Assembly: GCA_964575955.1 (NCBI GenBank)
Contig: CAZNTG010000006.1
Coordinates: forward strand, 448,001 to 512,000
Length of the DNA: 64,000 bases
Reading direction: 5' to 3'
Source: an uncultured Thermoproteaceae archaeon
Lineage (GTDB): Archaea > Thermoproteota > Thermoprotei > Thermoproteales > Thermocladiaceae
The position numbers and the translations under genes are program-made. The notes below the pieces were generated by a model that was given only the letters and a program-made list of their open reading frames with translations, did no database searches and had not been told where the DNA came from. Positions within the stretch are counted from its first letter, which is position 1. Every line of letters begins with the position of its first letter. Shown here one piece after another: positions 42,350-52,721 of the stretch.

Positions 42350-44647
42350 TCATACATAAGCTTTGGTGCCTACTGGTAGTTCTCTTTCACTAGATTCAGC
42401 ACCTCTTAATATTGCTTCAAAGACTTTAACTGCATTCCTTCTAGATAGATACTTATTATTATTACCACAGTATGGAGAGTATATACATTTTGGACATCCA
42501 TCGAAGCATTTACAATTTTTAACAATTTTATATGCAATCTCTATAGTTTCTCTCAACTTATACATAAGTTGTCTACAAAGTCCTGAACCTCCAAGATAAC
42601 CATCATATATGACTATCTCTCCTGTCGGGTATGATATTCCTCCTAGATCTGTCTGACCTGCACCAATGCTTATTTGAGCTGCTGTTATTAATGCATGTTC
42701 TACAGCATGGTAAGCTTTAGCTCTTTCAAGGTAGTCTAATGGTTCTATTTTTGAAAATGTTATTAGTGGGAAGTATAGTACTAGTCCTTTAGTCTTAAAT
42801 TCATATGATATTTCTTCATCTAGATATTCTTCACTTATTATCCTACTACTATACATATCTTTCAATACATATCCTTCAACTATTTCATTAATTGTAAGTT
42901 CAACATATTGGTAAGGTATTCCTAGAATTTTACCACTTTCAATTACTCTATCTATCCTAGGTATTGATGTGTATAATGGTGACGTTATGTAGTTTGTATC
43001 TTCAGGTAGTCTAACTACATATGCTCTTCTCAAATTTATATCAAGTTTCTCAACCTTGTATATTCTACCTCCATGTAGGTATATAGCGTTTGGAAATAGT
43101 TCTCTAATAGCTATTGGTAACTCTCTCTCACCTATCTTCTTCTCCTTACTACCAATTTTGATAACTATCTCTATTCTATCACCCATACCTCTCAAACTTT
43201 TCAATCTAGACACTACCTTCCTACCTCTATCAGTCAGGTATAGATACTTACCATGAACAATCTTTAGTAATCCTTCATCAACAAGATCCATAGCTACACT
43301 ATACTCAAAATCGTCTAATTCTGACAATTTTATAGGAGCATCTTCACACATTGCTAATATGTGCATTTTCGCTAATTCAACATTTCTAGGATCTATATGA
43401 AGTGGTTCTGGATTTCTATTGAAAAACTCTTCAGGATATGTTTCAAAGTATGAACTTATAGGATCATTACCTAGAATTTGAATTACATAAGATACTTGAC
43501 CTCTTCTACCAACTCTACCACTTCTCTGTAAATATCTTATATAGCTTGGAGGTACTGTAGCCATTATTGCAACATCAACATGACCAATATCAATACCAAT
43601 TTCTAATGTTGGTGTAGCTATTATAAACATTATTTCACCTTTCCTAAACTTATCTTCAATTTCTGCTCTCTCTTCTCTGGTAAGCCCTGCTCTATGTACT
43701 GCAGTCTTTCTATCAAGACCTTCCTTATCTAGATGTTTCTTAATCAATTCTACAAGTCTATGACTATCAGCAAATACTATACCTCTCTTACCAAATTTAC
43801 AAAATATTTTAACAAGCTCTACAACCTCTCTAATTTTAGGTCTTTTAGATTTTATAAGAATATGCTTAACAATTCCTCTTCTACCAACAATACCTTTAAC
43901 AATTTTACAATCTCTACCAAATATCATCTTTGAAAATTCTTCAGGATTACCAATAGTTGCACTTGTAGCTATATATTGAACATCTTTACAAAATCTTGAA
44001 AATCTACGAAGAACATAATGTACATGTGTACCAAACACACCTTCATACATGTGAAAATCATCAAGAACTACAAATTTGACATTTGGTAACATATTTTTAA
44101 ATTTATCAACATACATCAAGGCATAGTGTAACATGTCTGGATTTGTTATTAATATGTTTGGAGGATTTGAATAAATTCTCTTTCTAACATCTTCAGGTGT
44201 ATCTCCATCATAAACTTCAACAGTTAGACCAGCCTTCTCAACATATTGTCTAATTCTAATATATTGATCTCTTGCAAGTGCTTTAGTTGGGTATATTAGT
44301 ACAGCTATACCACCATCTTTCACAATTCTAGATATTATAGGTAGTATGAATGCCTCTGTCTTACCTGTACCTGTACCAGATACTATGACTGTGTCATTTC
44401 CCGATTTTATGAGTTGATAAGCTTCCCATTGATATTTTAGAAACCTTTCTATTCCTCTAGACTTGAGATACTCCTTAACACCATCAGGAATATCTGCACT
44501 ATCTATAGGTGGTCCATATTCAAATTCTACAGGATTCTCAACATGTATATACACTATGCTCCTATAATTATCACTAGCTATAGTTTTCAAAATATCATCT
44601 TTAGAAATTTCTCTAATAATCTTAAGCATCTTATCATTAAGACTCAC
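42350..44647 (-). CDS. DEAD/DEAH helicase with DUF1998 domain (Hrq1/SftH-like)
   Basis: GTGTGKT, YPTKALARDQ, TNPDMLH, DDFH, QRSGRVGR, C-terminal C.C..GCPKC. Confidence 0.92.
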   Translation of the reverse strand: MSLNDKMLKIIREISKDDILKTIASDNYRSIVYIHVENPVEFEYGPPIDSADIPDGVKEYLKSRGIERFLKYQWEAYQLIKSGNDTVIVSGTGTGKTEAFILPIISRIVKDGGIAVLIYPTKALARDQYIRIRQYVEKAGLTVEVYDGDTPEDVRKRIYSNPPNILITNPDMLHYALMYVDKFKNMLPNVKFVVLDDFHMYEGVFGTHVHYVLRRFSRFCKDVQYIATSATIGNPEEFSKMIFGRDCKIVKGIVGRRGIVKHILIKSKRPKIREVVELVKIFCKFGKRGIVFADSHRLVELIKKHLDKEGLDRKTAVHRAGLTREERAEIEDKFRKGEIMFIIATPTLEIGIDIGHVDVAIMATVPPSYIRYLQRSGRVGRRGQVSYVIQILGNDPISSYFETYPEEFFNRNPEPLHIDPRNVELAKMHILAMCEDAPIKLSELDDFEYSVAMDLVDEGLLKIVHGKYLYLTDRGRKVVSRLKSLRGMGDRIEIVIKIGSKEKKIGERELPIAIRELFPNAIYLHGGRIYKVEKLDINLRRAYVVRLPEDTNYITSPLYTSIPRIDRVIESGKILGIPYQYVELTINEIVEGYVLKDMYSSRIISEEYLDEEISYEFKTKGLVLYFPLITFSKIEPLDYLERAKAYHAVEHALITAAQISIGAGQTDLGGISYPTGEIVIYDGYLGGSGLCRQLMYKLRETIEIAYKIVKNCKCFDGCPKCIYSPYCGNNNKYLSRRNAVKVFEAILRGAESSERELPVGTKAYV

Positions 44648-44705
44648 AGCTATAGATAGTCTAGTAAGGTTATAATTCTAAGTCTTCCATATAGTATGAA
44701 TCTAC

Positions 44706-45191
44706 GTGAGAAGTTTAAGGATAATATCCATACTTGGAGTAATATCATTCATAGCAGCATCAACATATGTTGAGTATAGTATTGTAATACCTGAAGTAGC
44801 TAGAAAAACAAATATAACATATCTAATACATGCAACACCAATAGCTGTTATAATACTCACAATACTACTATGGCTACTACTTACAATAGTTTTAGCTATA
44901 ATATTGAGATTTATGAAACAATCAGCAATTTTTATAGATGTATTCACATCAACAGGTATGTCATTTTATGGACAGACAATATACTACATAATATTCCTAA
45001 CTGCAAGACAGATAATGAAGTCAGTACTAGTAAATAAGGTAGTATACTTTATAACAATAGTAATTTCAGGTATATTAATTGCATATTGTCTAAATAAGTT
45101 ATGTAAAATGAGTATAAGTAAATCACTAATAGCAGGAATATTAACAACATTGATAGTATATGCAATAGAAATTGTATTAACAGCCAGATAA
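44706..45191 (+). CDS. Hypothetical membrane protein
   Basis: About 5 TM segments. Confidence 0.6.
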   Translation: MRSLRIISILGVISFIAASTYVEYSIVIPEVARKTNITYLIHATPIAVIILTILLWLLLTIVLAIILRFMKQSAIFIDVFTSTGMSFYGQTIYYIIFLTARQIMKSVLVNKVVYFITIVISGILIAYCLNKLCKMSISKSLIAGILTTLIVYAIEIVLTAR

Positions 45192-45239
45192 TCAGCGCAA
45201 ACCGTATCAATCATCTCTCAGTGAGGCCCTTCTCATCAT
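45192..45239 (-). ncRNA. C/D-box sRNA
   Basis: ATGATGA-GAAGGGCCTCA-CTGA-GAG-ATGATTG-ATACGGTTTGCG-CTGA. Confidence 0.85.
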
Positions 45240-45258
45240 TACTAAAACATTCTGATGG

Positions 45259-45306
45259 TCAGAGTCCACCTATCTAATCATCTTTCATAGGTCCCAGTCT
45301 CATCAC
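45259..45306 (-). ncRNA. C/D-box sRNA overlapping the 3' end of the upstream CDS
   Basis: GTGATGA-GACTGGGACCT-ATGA-AAG-ATGATTA-GATAGGTGGACT-CTGA. Confidence 0.8.
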
Positions 45307-46239
45307 TCCAGATCTAACATCTTGAACATAGTCATATATATTAATCTTGACATTACCAACAGGATATACATTAACCACATGTGGATATACGACATGGTAA
45401 ATATCTCCAGAACATCTCCTAAATTGACATATTAGAAGCATATCATCTCTAATAGATAGATGTCCTGTTATAGGATTTATACTTATACTAACTTTAACAT
45501 TAAATTTTCTACAAAATTCTCTAACTATACTATACACCTTTCTAGAATTATCATAATCTAAATTATAGATATTTAATACTTCCACATTTGGTATAGATAA
45601 CATATTTCTATATGAGCTTTCTAAATCTTTAACAAGTAGTATATGTCTTGTTGCTAATATCTTATCAATATTAATACCTATACTAAATGCAACATCTCTA
45701 ATAATCTCTCTAATTCTACTTCTAATCTTACTAGCAAGATCGTATATATCATCTTGAGGATATATTGATAGTACTGTACTTAATATTGATTCTACACCTC
45801 TTCTAGAATCTGTATATGAAATTTTTACTAATCTAGCAATTTCATCAAGTATCATATGTATTAATGTTATGTATATAGCTTCTCTATCAAAAATCTTTTC
45901 AATATACTTAAATACTAGACATGGATCAAATATTCTCCATGAGTCATGTATTCTTAATCTATTTTTAATAATTTTAATTTGTTCTCTAGTATCTAGATAT
46001 GTGTATAGTAGTAGTCCAATACTATATCTAGATATTTCAATACCTAGATTTTGTTCATAAAATTCTAATATATTTTCAATATTGTCACCTCTTATACTAC
46101 TCTTACACTCTTCAATACATTCCTCAAGTATCTTATCATTAATTTCTTTTATAAAATCATCTAGAAATTTATCAACTTCAGGTCTTGCCTTACCTATCAA
46201 TTTTTTACTCCACTTAACATGTACTATATGTGATGGCAC
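45274..46239 (-). CDS. Hypothetical protein, possible metal-binding hydrolase
   Basis: Likely leaderless GTG at 46239 (TATA about 26 nt upstream); MPSHIVH, VDKFLD, IHDSWR, IHMILD. Confidence 0.55.
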   Translation of the reverse strand: MPSHIVHVKWSKKLIGKARPEVDKFLDDFIKEINDKILEECIEECKSSIRGDNIENILEFYEQNLGIEISRYSIGLLLYTYLDTREQIKIIKNRLRIHDSWRIFDPCLVFKYIEKIFDREAIYITLIHMILDEIARLVKISYTDSRRGVESILSTVLSIYPQDDIYDLASKIRSRIREIIRDVAFSIGINIDKILATRHILLVKDLESSYRNMLSIPNVEVLNIYNLDYDNSRKVYSIVREFCRKFNVKVSISINPITGHLSIRDDMLLICQFRRCSGDIYHVVYPHVVNVYPVGNVKINIYDYVQDVRSGVMRLGPMKDD

Positions 46240-46302
46240 TTCGATAAATGTTTTAGAATCATGTTTATAAATAGTAGTTCTCGAATTATTGCTTAGATAA
46301 AT

Positions 46303-46854
46303 GTGGTAGAGATGAAATACATGTCTATACACACGTCACAAGCATGTTACCTAATAATGCCCAGCATAGTCACATTAATAATCACTCATAGACCTGATGG
46401 AGGTTTTAATGCTATGACAGCTTGTTGGATAATGCCTGTATCTAGACATCCACCACTAATTGCTATAGCTATTGCACCTAGAAGATTTACATATGAATGT
46501 TTAAAATCAAACCCTGAATTTACAGTATGTATACTAGGTCCTGAACATGAAGAGATAGCTGACTATTGTGGCTCTATTTCAGGTAGAGAGGAAAATAAGA
46601 TTGAAAATTTGAAGAAGAGAGGTGTAAAGTTGATAAATCTAAACAAGGTTTCAACACCAGGAATTGAAGGTTCTCTAGCAATAATTGGATGTAGATTATG
46701 GAGAGATTATGAAGGTGGTGATCATAGAATAATTGTTGGACAAGTACTTGAATGTATAGTTAGAGAAGACAAGTTTAGAGATGTTTGGAGAGATGTTGAA
46801 CTACTATACTACTATGGCGGTGCTAGATATCTAACAGTCAAGATACCACCATGA
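46303..46854 (+). CDS. Flavin reductase-like (DIM6/NTAB) protein
   Basis: NAMTACW, PVS..PP, CGS.SGR, GGDHRIIVG. Confidence 0.9.
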   Translation: MVEMKYMSIHTSQACYLIMPSIVTLIITHRPDGGFNAMTACWIMPVSRHPPLIAIAIAPRRFTYECLKSNPEFTVCILGPEHEEIADYCGSISGREENKIENLKKRGVKLINLNKVSTPGIEGSLAIIGCRLWRDYEGGDHRIIVGQVLECIVREDKFRDVWRDVELLYYYGGARYLTVKIPP

Positions 46855-47585
46855 AGAGAAAGATATTAACAATAGTAGACTCACACTGTCATCTACACGA
46901 ATTTCAAGATGTAACTATAGAGAAGCTATGTAGTAAGTATACAATAGTTGCAGTATCTGACGATGCACCAAGTAGTTTAAAGACAATTGAAATATCTAAA
47001 AAATATGATACAGTAATACCATGTGTAGGTATTCACCCATGGATGGTTGATAAGATTTCAAAAGACGAGATATACATTATAGAAAAGCTATGTAGTGAAG
47101 CTATGTGTATTGGTGAAGTTGGTCTAGATACTAAATTTGTACCAGATACAATAGATATTCAAAGAGAAATTTTTGAAAAAATGTTAAAAATAGCAAAAGA
47201 ATACTCACTACCTGTAAATCTACATTGTGCAGGTACTTGGAAAGAAGTTTATAATCTAGTATTGAAGTATGATATTGATAAAGCAATATTTCACTGGTAT
47301 ACAGGACCTCTAGATATTCTTGAAGATATTGTAAGATCAGGATATTTCATATCTATAAATCCAGCTGTTAAAATTCAGAAAAAACATCAGGAAGTTGTTA
47401 AGAAAGTTCCTTTAGAAAATATGCTACTTGAAAGTGATGGACCTTACGAGTATAGAGGTCTTAAACTTGAACCAACATTAATTGACGAGACTGTGAAGAT
47501 AATTGCAGAATTGAAGAAGGTTGATGTTAGTATTATAGTTGAGAAGTGTAGAGAGAATGTTAAAAAGATATTTAATATAGAGTAG
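46851..47585 (+). CDS. tatD: TatD-family hydrolase
   Basis: DSHCH, GIHPW, IGEVGLD, FHW, LESDGP. Confidence 0.92.
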   Translation: MKRKILTIVDSHCHLHEFQDVTIEKLCSKYTIVAVSDDAPSSLKTIEISKKYDTVIPCVGIHPWMVDKISKDEIYIIEKLCSEAMCIGEVGLDTKFVPDTIDIQREIFEKMLKIAKEYSLPVNLHCAGTWKEVYNLVLKYDIDKAIFHWYTGPLDILEDIVRSGYFISINPAVKIQKKHQEVVKKVPLENMLLESDGPYEYRGLKLEPTLIDETVKIIAELKKVDVSIIVEKCRENVKKIFNIE

Positions 47586-47588
47586 CAT

Positions 47589-48260
47589 ATGAGTGATCTA
47601 ATAATATTTGATAGTGATTATCAAATTGCTAGAAAGAGAATGGTAGAAGAACTTAAACTTGCAGGAATAATAAAATCTAAAAGAATTGAAGAAGCAATGT
47701 TAAAAGTTCCTAGAGATAGATTTGTACCACCTCACGAGAGGATGTATGCTTATGAAGATACACCACTGAGAGTAATGCTTGATCAGACAATATCAGCACC
47801 TCACATGGTAGCTATGATGTGCGAACTTCTTGATCTAAAACCTGGACTTAAAGTACTTGAGATAGGTACAGGAACAGGATATCATGCTGCTGTATGTGCA
47901 GAAGCTATGGAAAGAAAAGGAATTGTATATACGATAGAGTACTTTCCACAACTTGCACTATATGCTGTACAAAATCTAGCAATGCTAGACCTACTAGATG
48001 TTGTTAAAGTATTTACAGGAGATGGATCTAAAGGTCTTCCACAATATGCACCATATGATAGAATTCTAGTAACAGCAGCAGCACAGAAAGATATACCAAA
48101 ACCATTACTAGAACAACTATCACCAAACTATGGAATAATGGTTATTCCAGTAGAAATATCACCAGGAATACAGGTACTGTATAGAGTTATTAGAAAGGAA
48201 GACACATATGAAAAGGAGACTATAACATATGTATCTTTCGTAAGACTTAGAAGTGACTAG
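47589..48260 (+). CDS. pcm: Protein-L-isoaspartate O-methyltransferase
   Basis: QTISAPHMVA, LEIGTGTGY, APYDRI.VTAA. Confidence 0.95.
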   Translation: MSDLIIFDSDYQIARKRMVEELKLAGIIKSKRIEEAMLKVPRDRFVPPHERMYAYEDTPLRVMLDQTISAPHMVAMMCELLDLKPGLKVLEIGTGTGYHAAVCAEAMERKGIVYTIEYFPQLALYAVQNLAMLDLLDVVKVFTGDGSKGLPQYAPYDRILVTAAAQKDIPKPLLEQLSPNYGIMVIPVEISPGIQVLYRVIRKEDTYEKETITYVSFVRLRSD

Positions 48261-48272
48261 ACAATTATATAC

Positions 48273-49454
48273 TTGTTGAGATTCTCAAAATCACATATTG
48301 AATATATTAAAGATGATATAGGAGAAAACATATACGTAGTTCACACTCTAGATAGTGTAGTAAGACTAGAATATAGAAATAGTCATGAAATACTAGATGA
48401 GATCTATAAGAAGTTTATAACATTAGCAGAATATAAAACTATAGATGATAAAGAAGATTTTGAACTATATCTAGAATATTTAATAAATCAAATAAAGAAT
48501 GAAGATATAGTAAATAAGAAGATAGTAGTTGCATGTAGCATGGGTAAAGATAGTGCTGCAGGCTTCATAATTTTATACGAACTCTGGAATAGAGGAATAT
48601 TGAGATATAGTCCACTTGCAGTATTTACATACATGCCAATTCTTGAAGACCCAATAATACAACTTGCAGACAATTTTATATCAAAATTTGGAGAATTTCT
48701 ATACATAATACATGTGCCAAAATCAGAAATTTTAGAAAAATTAACAACAACAGGATACCCAACACTTCAAGAGAAGTGGTGTAGAGCTATAAAGATGGGT
48801 ACAATTAAAAAATTCTTGAAAAAATTCTCAAAAGACTCTATTGTATATGCTGAATGTGAGAGAATTTTTGAATCTATAAAAAGGCTAAGATCATTATATG
48901 GAAGTAGAGTAGTATTCCCAAGAAAGATAAATCCTGTACTATACTTATCTGAGAGTGACGTATTTAAAATATGTAAGATGTATAACATAGTACATGGCCT
49001 ATATAACTATGGTGCATCAAGAACATCTTGCATGCTTTGTCCATATGCATCAAATGTATGCCATATACAGCATATACACATATGTGAAAAACTTGGAATA
49101 GATATATCACCTCTGATAAAATCTCTTAGAAAATTAGTAAACTACTATAGAGATATTGGACTTGGAGAATATGTAAAAAATGAATATGATGTAATTAAGT
49201 ATGGCCTATTCTCATATAGACATACTAGAGAAGATGCATTAAATAAGATAAAGTTTATAGATAATGCAAAATATGTTGGAATCATAGAAACAATCGAAGA
49301 TTTCTCTAATAGATCTAGAAGATATTTCTACGAATATTTAGAGAAAGTTGAATATATACCTATATGGAAGACTGGTTCATGGAGAAGATGCGAAAAAATT
49401 ATTAGAGATAGAGCTAAAGTTATAATTAAACTAATAACAAATACTATTAGATAA
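48273..49454 (+). CDS. PAPS reductase-family (PP-loop) protein
   Basis: SMGKDS, KWCRAIK, RIFES..R, RTSCMLCP. Confidence 0.8.
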   Translation: MLRFSKSHIEYIKDDIGENIYVVHTLDSVVRLEYRNSHEILDEIYKKFITLAEYKTIDDKEDFELYLEYLINQIKNEDIVNKKIVVACSMGKDSAAGFIILYELWNRGILRYSPLAVFTYMPILEDPIIQLADNFISKFGEFLYIIHVPKSEILEKLTTTGYPTLQEKWCRAIKMGTIKKFLKKFSKDSIVYAECERIFESIKRLRSLYGSRVVFPRKINPVLYLSESDVFKICKMYNIVHGLYNYGASRTSCMLCPYASNVCHIQHIHICEKLGIDISPLIKSLRKLVNYYRDIGLGEYVKNEYDVIKYGLFSYRHTREDALNKIKFIDNAKYVGIIETIEDFSNRSRRYFYEYLEKVEYIPIWKTGSWRRCEKIIRDRAKVIIKLITNTIR

Positions 49455-50751
49455 ATATCTTAACTTTCCAATACAATTTTCTGAAGGCTATATAGAGTAT
49501 GCTACCTCTAGCTAATGCATCAACAATCATTAATGACCATATAAATACTATAGGCATCTTAAGTATGTAGAATATCAATGTTGGTATAATTCTACTTACA
49601 AACATGCAAACTATATCTAATGTTGCAGAATACATGGCTCTTCCAATTCCCTGAAATGCTCCAATTTCTGCTAATGTAACTGCATGTCCTATATCACTTA
49701 ATGTTGCTAGTATTAAGTATAGTTCTGTTAATTTTATAATTTTGACATTATTTGTAAAATATGGTAAGAATATTGGTGATAGCAATATTATGAGTAGTAC
49801 AAGTCCTGATGTTAATACTATAGATATCACTATTATACTATTCAATATTTTAGTAGTATTCTCTCTACTTCTAACAACCTCACGACCAACTAAAATATTT
49901 GCAACATCTCTAAATGCTAGTATTGGTAAGTATGTGAATGTCTCAATTACTAGACCTAGCTGATATGCCACATATATATCAATTCCATATCTAGCAATTA
50001 CAGATCCATATACTGTGTATAATATCGAAATTATAACTCTCTCAATATATGAAAATAGTCCAACATGTATTAGAGACTGTATAATACTCTTATTAATCTT
50101 AAAATCTATATTAAACACATCTACATGCTTATTTAGAAAGTAGTACATTAGAGGTAATACAGCGTAGACACTTAACGATAATGCTAATCCAGCACCAAGT
50201 ATACCTAAATTAAGACTAAACATGAGTATTGGGTCTAGAATTATGTTAATAATGTCTGAAAGTATCCAACATATTGATGCTTCTCTAGTTTTTCCAAGAC
50301 TATATAATGCTGATAATAGTTGTATAAATAGTATAATTGCAGGTATACCAATAACATATCCATAGAGATATTTTAATGCTAAATTATCTACAATATTTGA
50401 AGGATATATTAATCTTAAAATTATTGGAGAAAATGTAATTATTAGAGATGAAACTCCTAACGAGAATGTTATAGATATTGTGTAGAGTTTAGAGAATATT
50501 TCTTTAAATAACTTAAGATTTCCTGAACCATATGTTTGTGATAGTAGTGTTGTGTATGAGAATAGTAATGCTCCTGTTGTTGAACCTGTAAATATAAATT
50601 CTATATATCTAGCTGTTCCAAATGCGGCAATTGCATACTTTCCTAATCTAGATATGAAGTATATGTTTACTATAGCTAGAATACTCTCAAAGATATACTG
50701 TGTAAATATTGGATATATGATCTTGAGAATGTCTCTTAAGGATGTACACAT
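49447..50751 (-). CDS. MATE-family efflux transporter
   Basis: About 12 TM, ISRLG..AIAA, NIILDPIL..LGI.GAGLA. Confidence 0.88.
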   Translation of the reverse strand: MCTSLRDILKIIYPIFTQYIFESILAIVNIYFISRLGKYAIAAFGTARYIEFIFTGSTTGALLFSYTTLLSQTYGSGNLKLFKEIFSKLYTISITFSLGVSSLIITFSPIILRLIYPSNIVDNLALKYLYGYVIGIPAIILFIQLLSALYSLGKTREASICWILSDIINIILDPILMFSLNLGILGAGLALSLSVYAVLPLMYYFLNKHVDVFNIDFKINKSIIQSLIHVGLFSYIERVIISILYTVYGSVIARYGIDIYVAYQLGLVIETFTYLPILAFRDVANILVGREVVRSRENTTKILNSIIVISIVLTSGLVLLIILLSPIFLPYFTNNVKIIKLTELYLILATLSDIGHAVTLAEIGAFQGIGRAMYSATLDIVCMFVSRIIPTLIFYILKMPIVFIWSLMIVDALARGSILYIAFRKLYWKVKIFI

Positions 50752-50805
50752 TTGGGTGTGTATTATATGGTTACTCTAAAAATGCGAATATGTAGAGGAC
50801 TTACC

Positions 50806-50854
50806 TCAGTATTGGTATCACTCTTCACCTATCAGCAATACCAGCCTTCATCAC
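50806..50854 (-). ncRNA. C/D-box sRNA with mutually complementary guides
   Basis: GTGATGA-AGGCTGGTATTG-CTGA-TAG-GTGAAGA-GTGATACCAATA-CTGA. Confidence 0.85.
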
Positions 50855-50864
50855 TTTTAACATA

Positions 50865-51383
50865 CTATTCTTCAGTATTTTCCTCTTCTTCAATATCTAC
50901 CTTATCTCCAAGTCCAATGATCTTCCTATATAGTGAGTATGGGTATGCATATCTCTTAAGGTGATGAGCTACGTATATTGGTGCACCTACACGTACTGCT
51001 AGGGCTGTTGCATCACTAGGTCTTGAATCTATATAAAATACTTCACCAGTCCTATTATCGCGTAGTACTATTGTTGCAACATATATATTGTCTATCATTG
51101 CATCTATAGTAACCTTCTCAATAGTTACATCAAGCTTTTCTAATATGGTTACTAGTAGGTCGTGTGTTAGTGGTCTTGGAAAGTTTAGATTCTCGATAGC
51201 TTTTCTAATTGAGAATGCCATAGCAGAATCTATACATATTGGCAATACATAATCTCCCCAACCTTCTACTGAGAATAGCATTATTGCTCTCTCACCATCA
51301 TAATCAATGACGTCTATAAGTCTAGCTCTACCATACTGGTCTTTACCTGATTCAGAAGATCTACCACCAACCTTCTCTACCAT
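50865..51383 (-). CDS. Bifunctional nuclease (DUF151)
   Basis: LPICI, RPLTHDLL, DSRPSDA.ALA.R..APIYV. Confidence 0.92.
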   Translation of the reverse strand: MVEKVGGRSSESGKDQYGRARLIDVIDYDGERAIMLFSVEGWGDYVLPICIDSAMAFSIRKAIENLNFPRPLTHDLLVTILEKLDVTIEKVTIDAMIDNIYVATIVLRDNRTGEVFYIDSRPSDATALAVRVGAPIYVAHHLKRYAYPYSLYRKIIGLGDKVDIEEEENTEE

Positions 51384-51407
51384 GTATATAATACTACTTT
51401 AAACGTA

Positions 51408-52709
51408 TTATATATATTGTCCTCCAATTAATTTCTCAATCTCAACCTCTTCCTCAACCCATCTCTCAAGATCTCTAATCTTCACAACACCTTTAGAAAA
51501 TTCTCTCTTACCAACAATTATGAATTTCTTAGAGCCAATTTTTGAAGCATATTCAAGAACTGTCCTAAGACTTCTCTCTCCAAATTCTAAGATTACTTTA
51601 AAACCTTTAGAACGTAGTGAATTTGCAATTCTATATGCAACATCTCTCAATTCTCTATCACTACCTACAGTATATACGTAATAGTCAGGACCTAGCTTAG
51701 GTTTATCTAACTTACCTTGAAGTTGAAGAACTTCAACCAATCTTTCAATACCTATAGCAAATCCAAGTGCAGGAACTTTCACACCTGAATATATCTCAAT
51801 TAAATCATCATACCTACCTCCACCACCAATTGCTAAACTATACTCAGGAACGTATACCTCATATACAATACCTGTGTAGTAGTCTAAACCTCTAACAATT
51901 CCAAAATCTAGAAAGACCTTCTTAATAATACCTCTAACATCTAGCTCTTCGATTAATTTAGAAATATTATCTATTAGTGAACTATCTATCTTAAACTCAT
52001 GTAATACTTCCAAAGACTTATCTATTGGAATTACAGTATTTGCAATATTTACTAACATCTCAGCAACATCTCTACCTACATCAACATCTTGCAACATTTT
52101 TATAAGTTCTTCATTACTAACTTTACCTCTCTTATCTAATATTCTCAATATCTTCAATCTAGTATAATCTTTAGGAATGTTCAAATTATCTAGTATATTC
52201 TCAACGATTCTTCTATCGTTTAATCTAACTTCAAATTTTTCAAGACTTACCTCATCTAGAGATTTTATAAGAACTTCAATACTTTCAGCATCTGCCTGTA
52301 TTGAGCTCCATCCTATAAGCTCAATTCCATATTGATGAAATTCTCTATATCTACCATGTTGAGGTTCATCATATCTCCAAACTTTAGATATATAATACCA
52401 CCTTATTGGTTTTGGTAAATCTTTTCTATATGATACAATTCTGGCAATTGGAACTGTTAAATCAAATCTTAAACCAACTTCTCTACCTGCCTTATCTCTA
52501 AAGTAGTATATTTCGTTAATAATTTCCTCACCTGCCTTAGCTTTAAGAACTTCAAAATGTTCTAGAGCTGGTGTTTCAACTCTAAGATAGCCATAACTTT
52601 CAGCTACTTTAGAAAGTTTGTTAGATATATTAATAATTTGATAATAATCTTCAGGTAAGAGATCTCTCATACCTCTAACAGGTCTAAGATATACTTCATC
52701 TAACGGCAT
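51408..52709 (-). CDS. hisS: Histidyl-tRNA synthetase
   Basis: RGMRD, LRFDLT, RYREFHQ, RGLDYYTG, GGGRYD. Confidence 0.97.
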   Translation of the reverse strand: MPLDEVYLRPVRGMRDLLPEDYYQIINISNKLSKVAESYGYLRVETPALEHFEVLKAKAGEEIINEIYYFRDKAGREVGLRFDLTVPIARIVSYRKDLPKPIRWYYISKVWRYDEPQHGRYREFHQYGIELIGWSSIQADAESIEVLIKSLDEVSLEKFEVRLNDRRIVENILDNLNIPKDYTRLKILRILDKRGKVSNEELIKMLQDVDVGRDVAEMLVNIANTVIPIDKSLEVLHEFKIDSSLIDNISKLIEELDVRGIIKKVFLDFGIVRGLDYYTGIVYEVYVPEYSLAIGGGGRYDDLIEIYSGVKVPALGFAIGIERLVEVLQLQGKLDKPKLGPDYYVYTVGSDRELRDVAYRIANSLRSKGFKVILEFGERSLRTVLEYASKIGSKKFIIVGKREFSKGVVKIRDLERWVEEEVEIEKLIGGQYI

Positions 52710-52721
52710 ACATCTCTAGTA

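Noticed and set aside
47583-47591. tatD-pcm readthrough fusion (TAG CAT ATG in frame)
   Set aside because: Both proteins are full length; an in-frame arrangement has a 1-in-3 chance
48273-49454. DndC/phosphorothioation system
   Set aside because: Only generic PAPS-reductase motifs; no dndD/E or ssp neighbours
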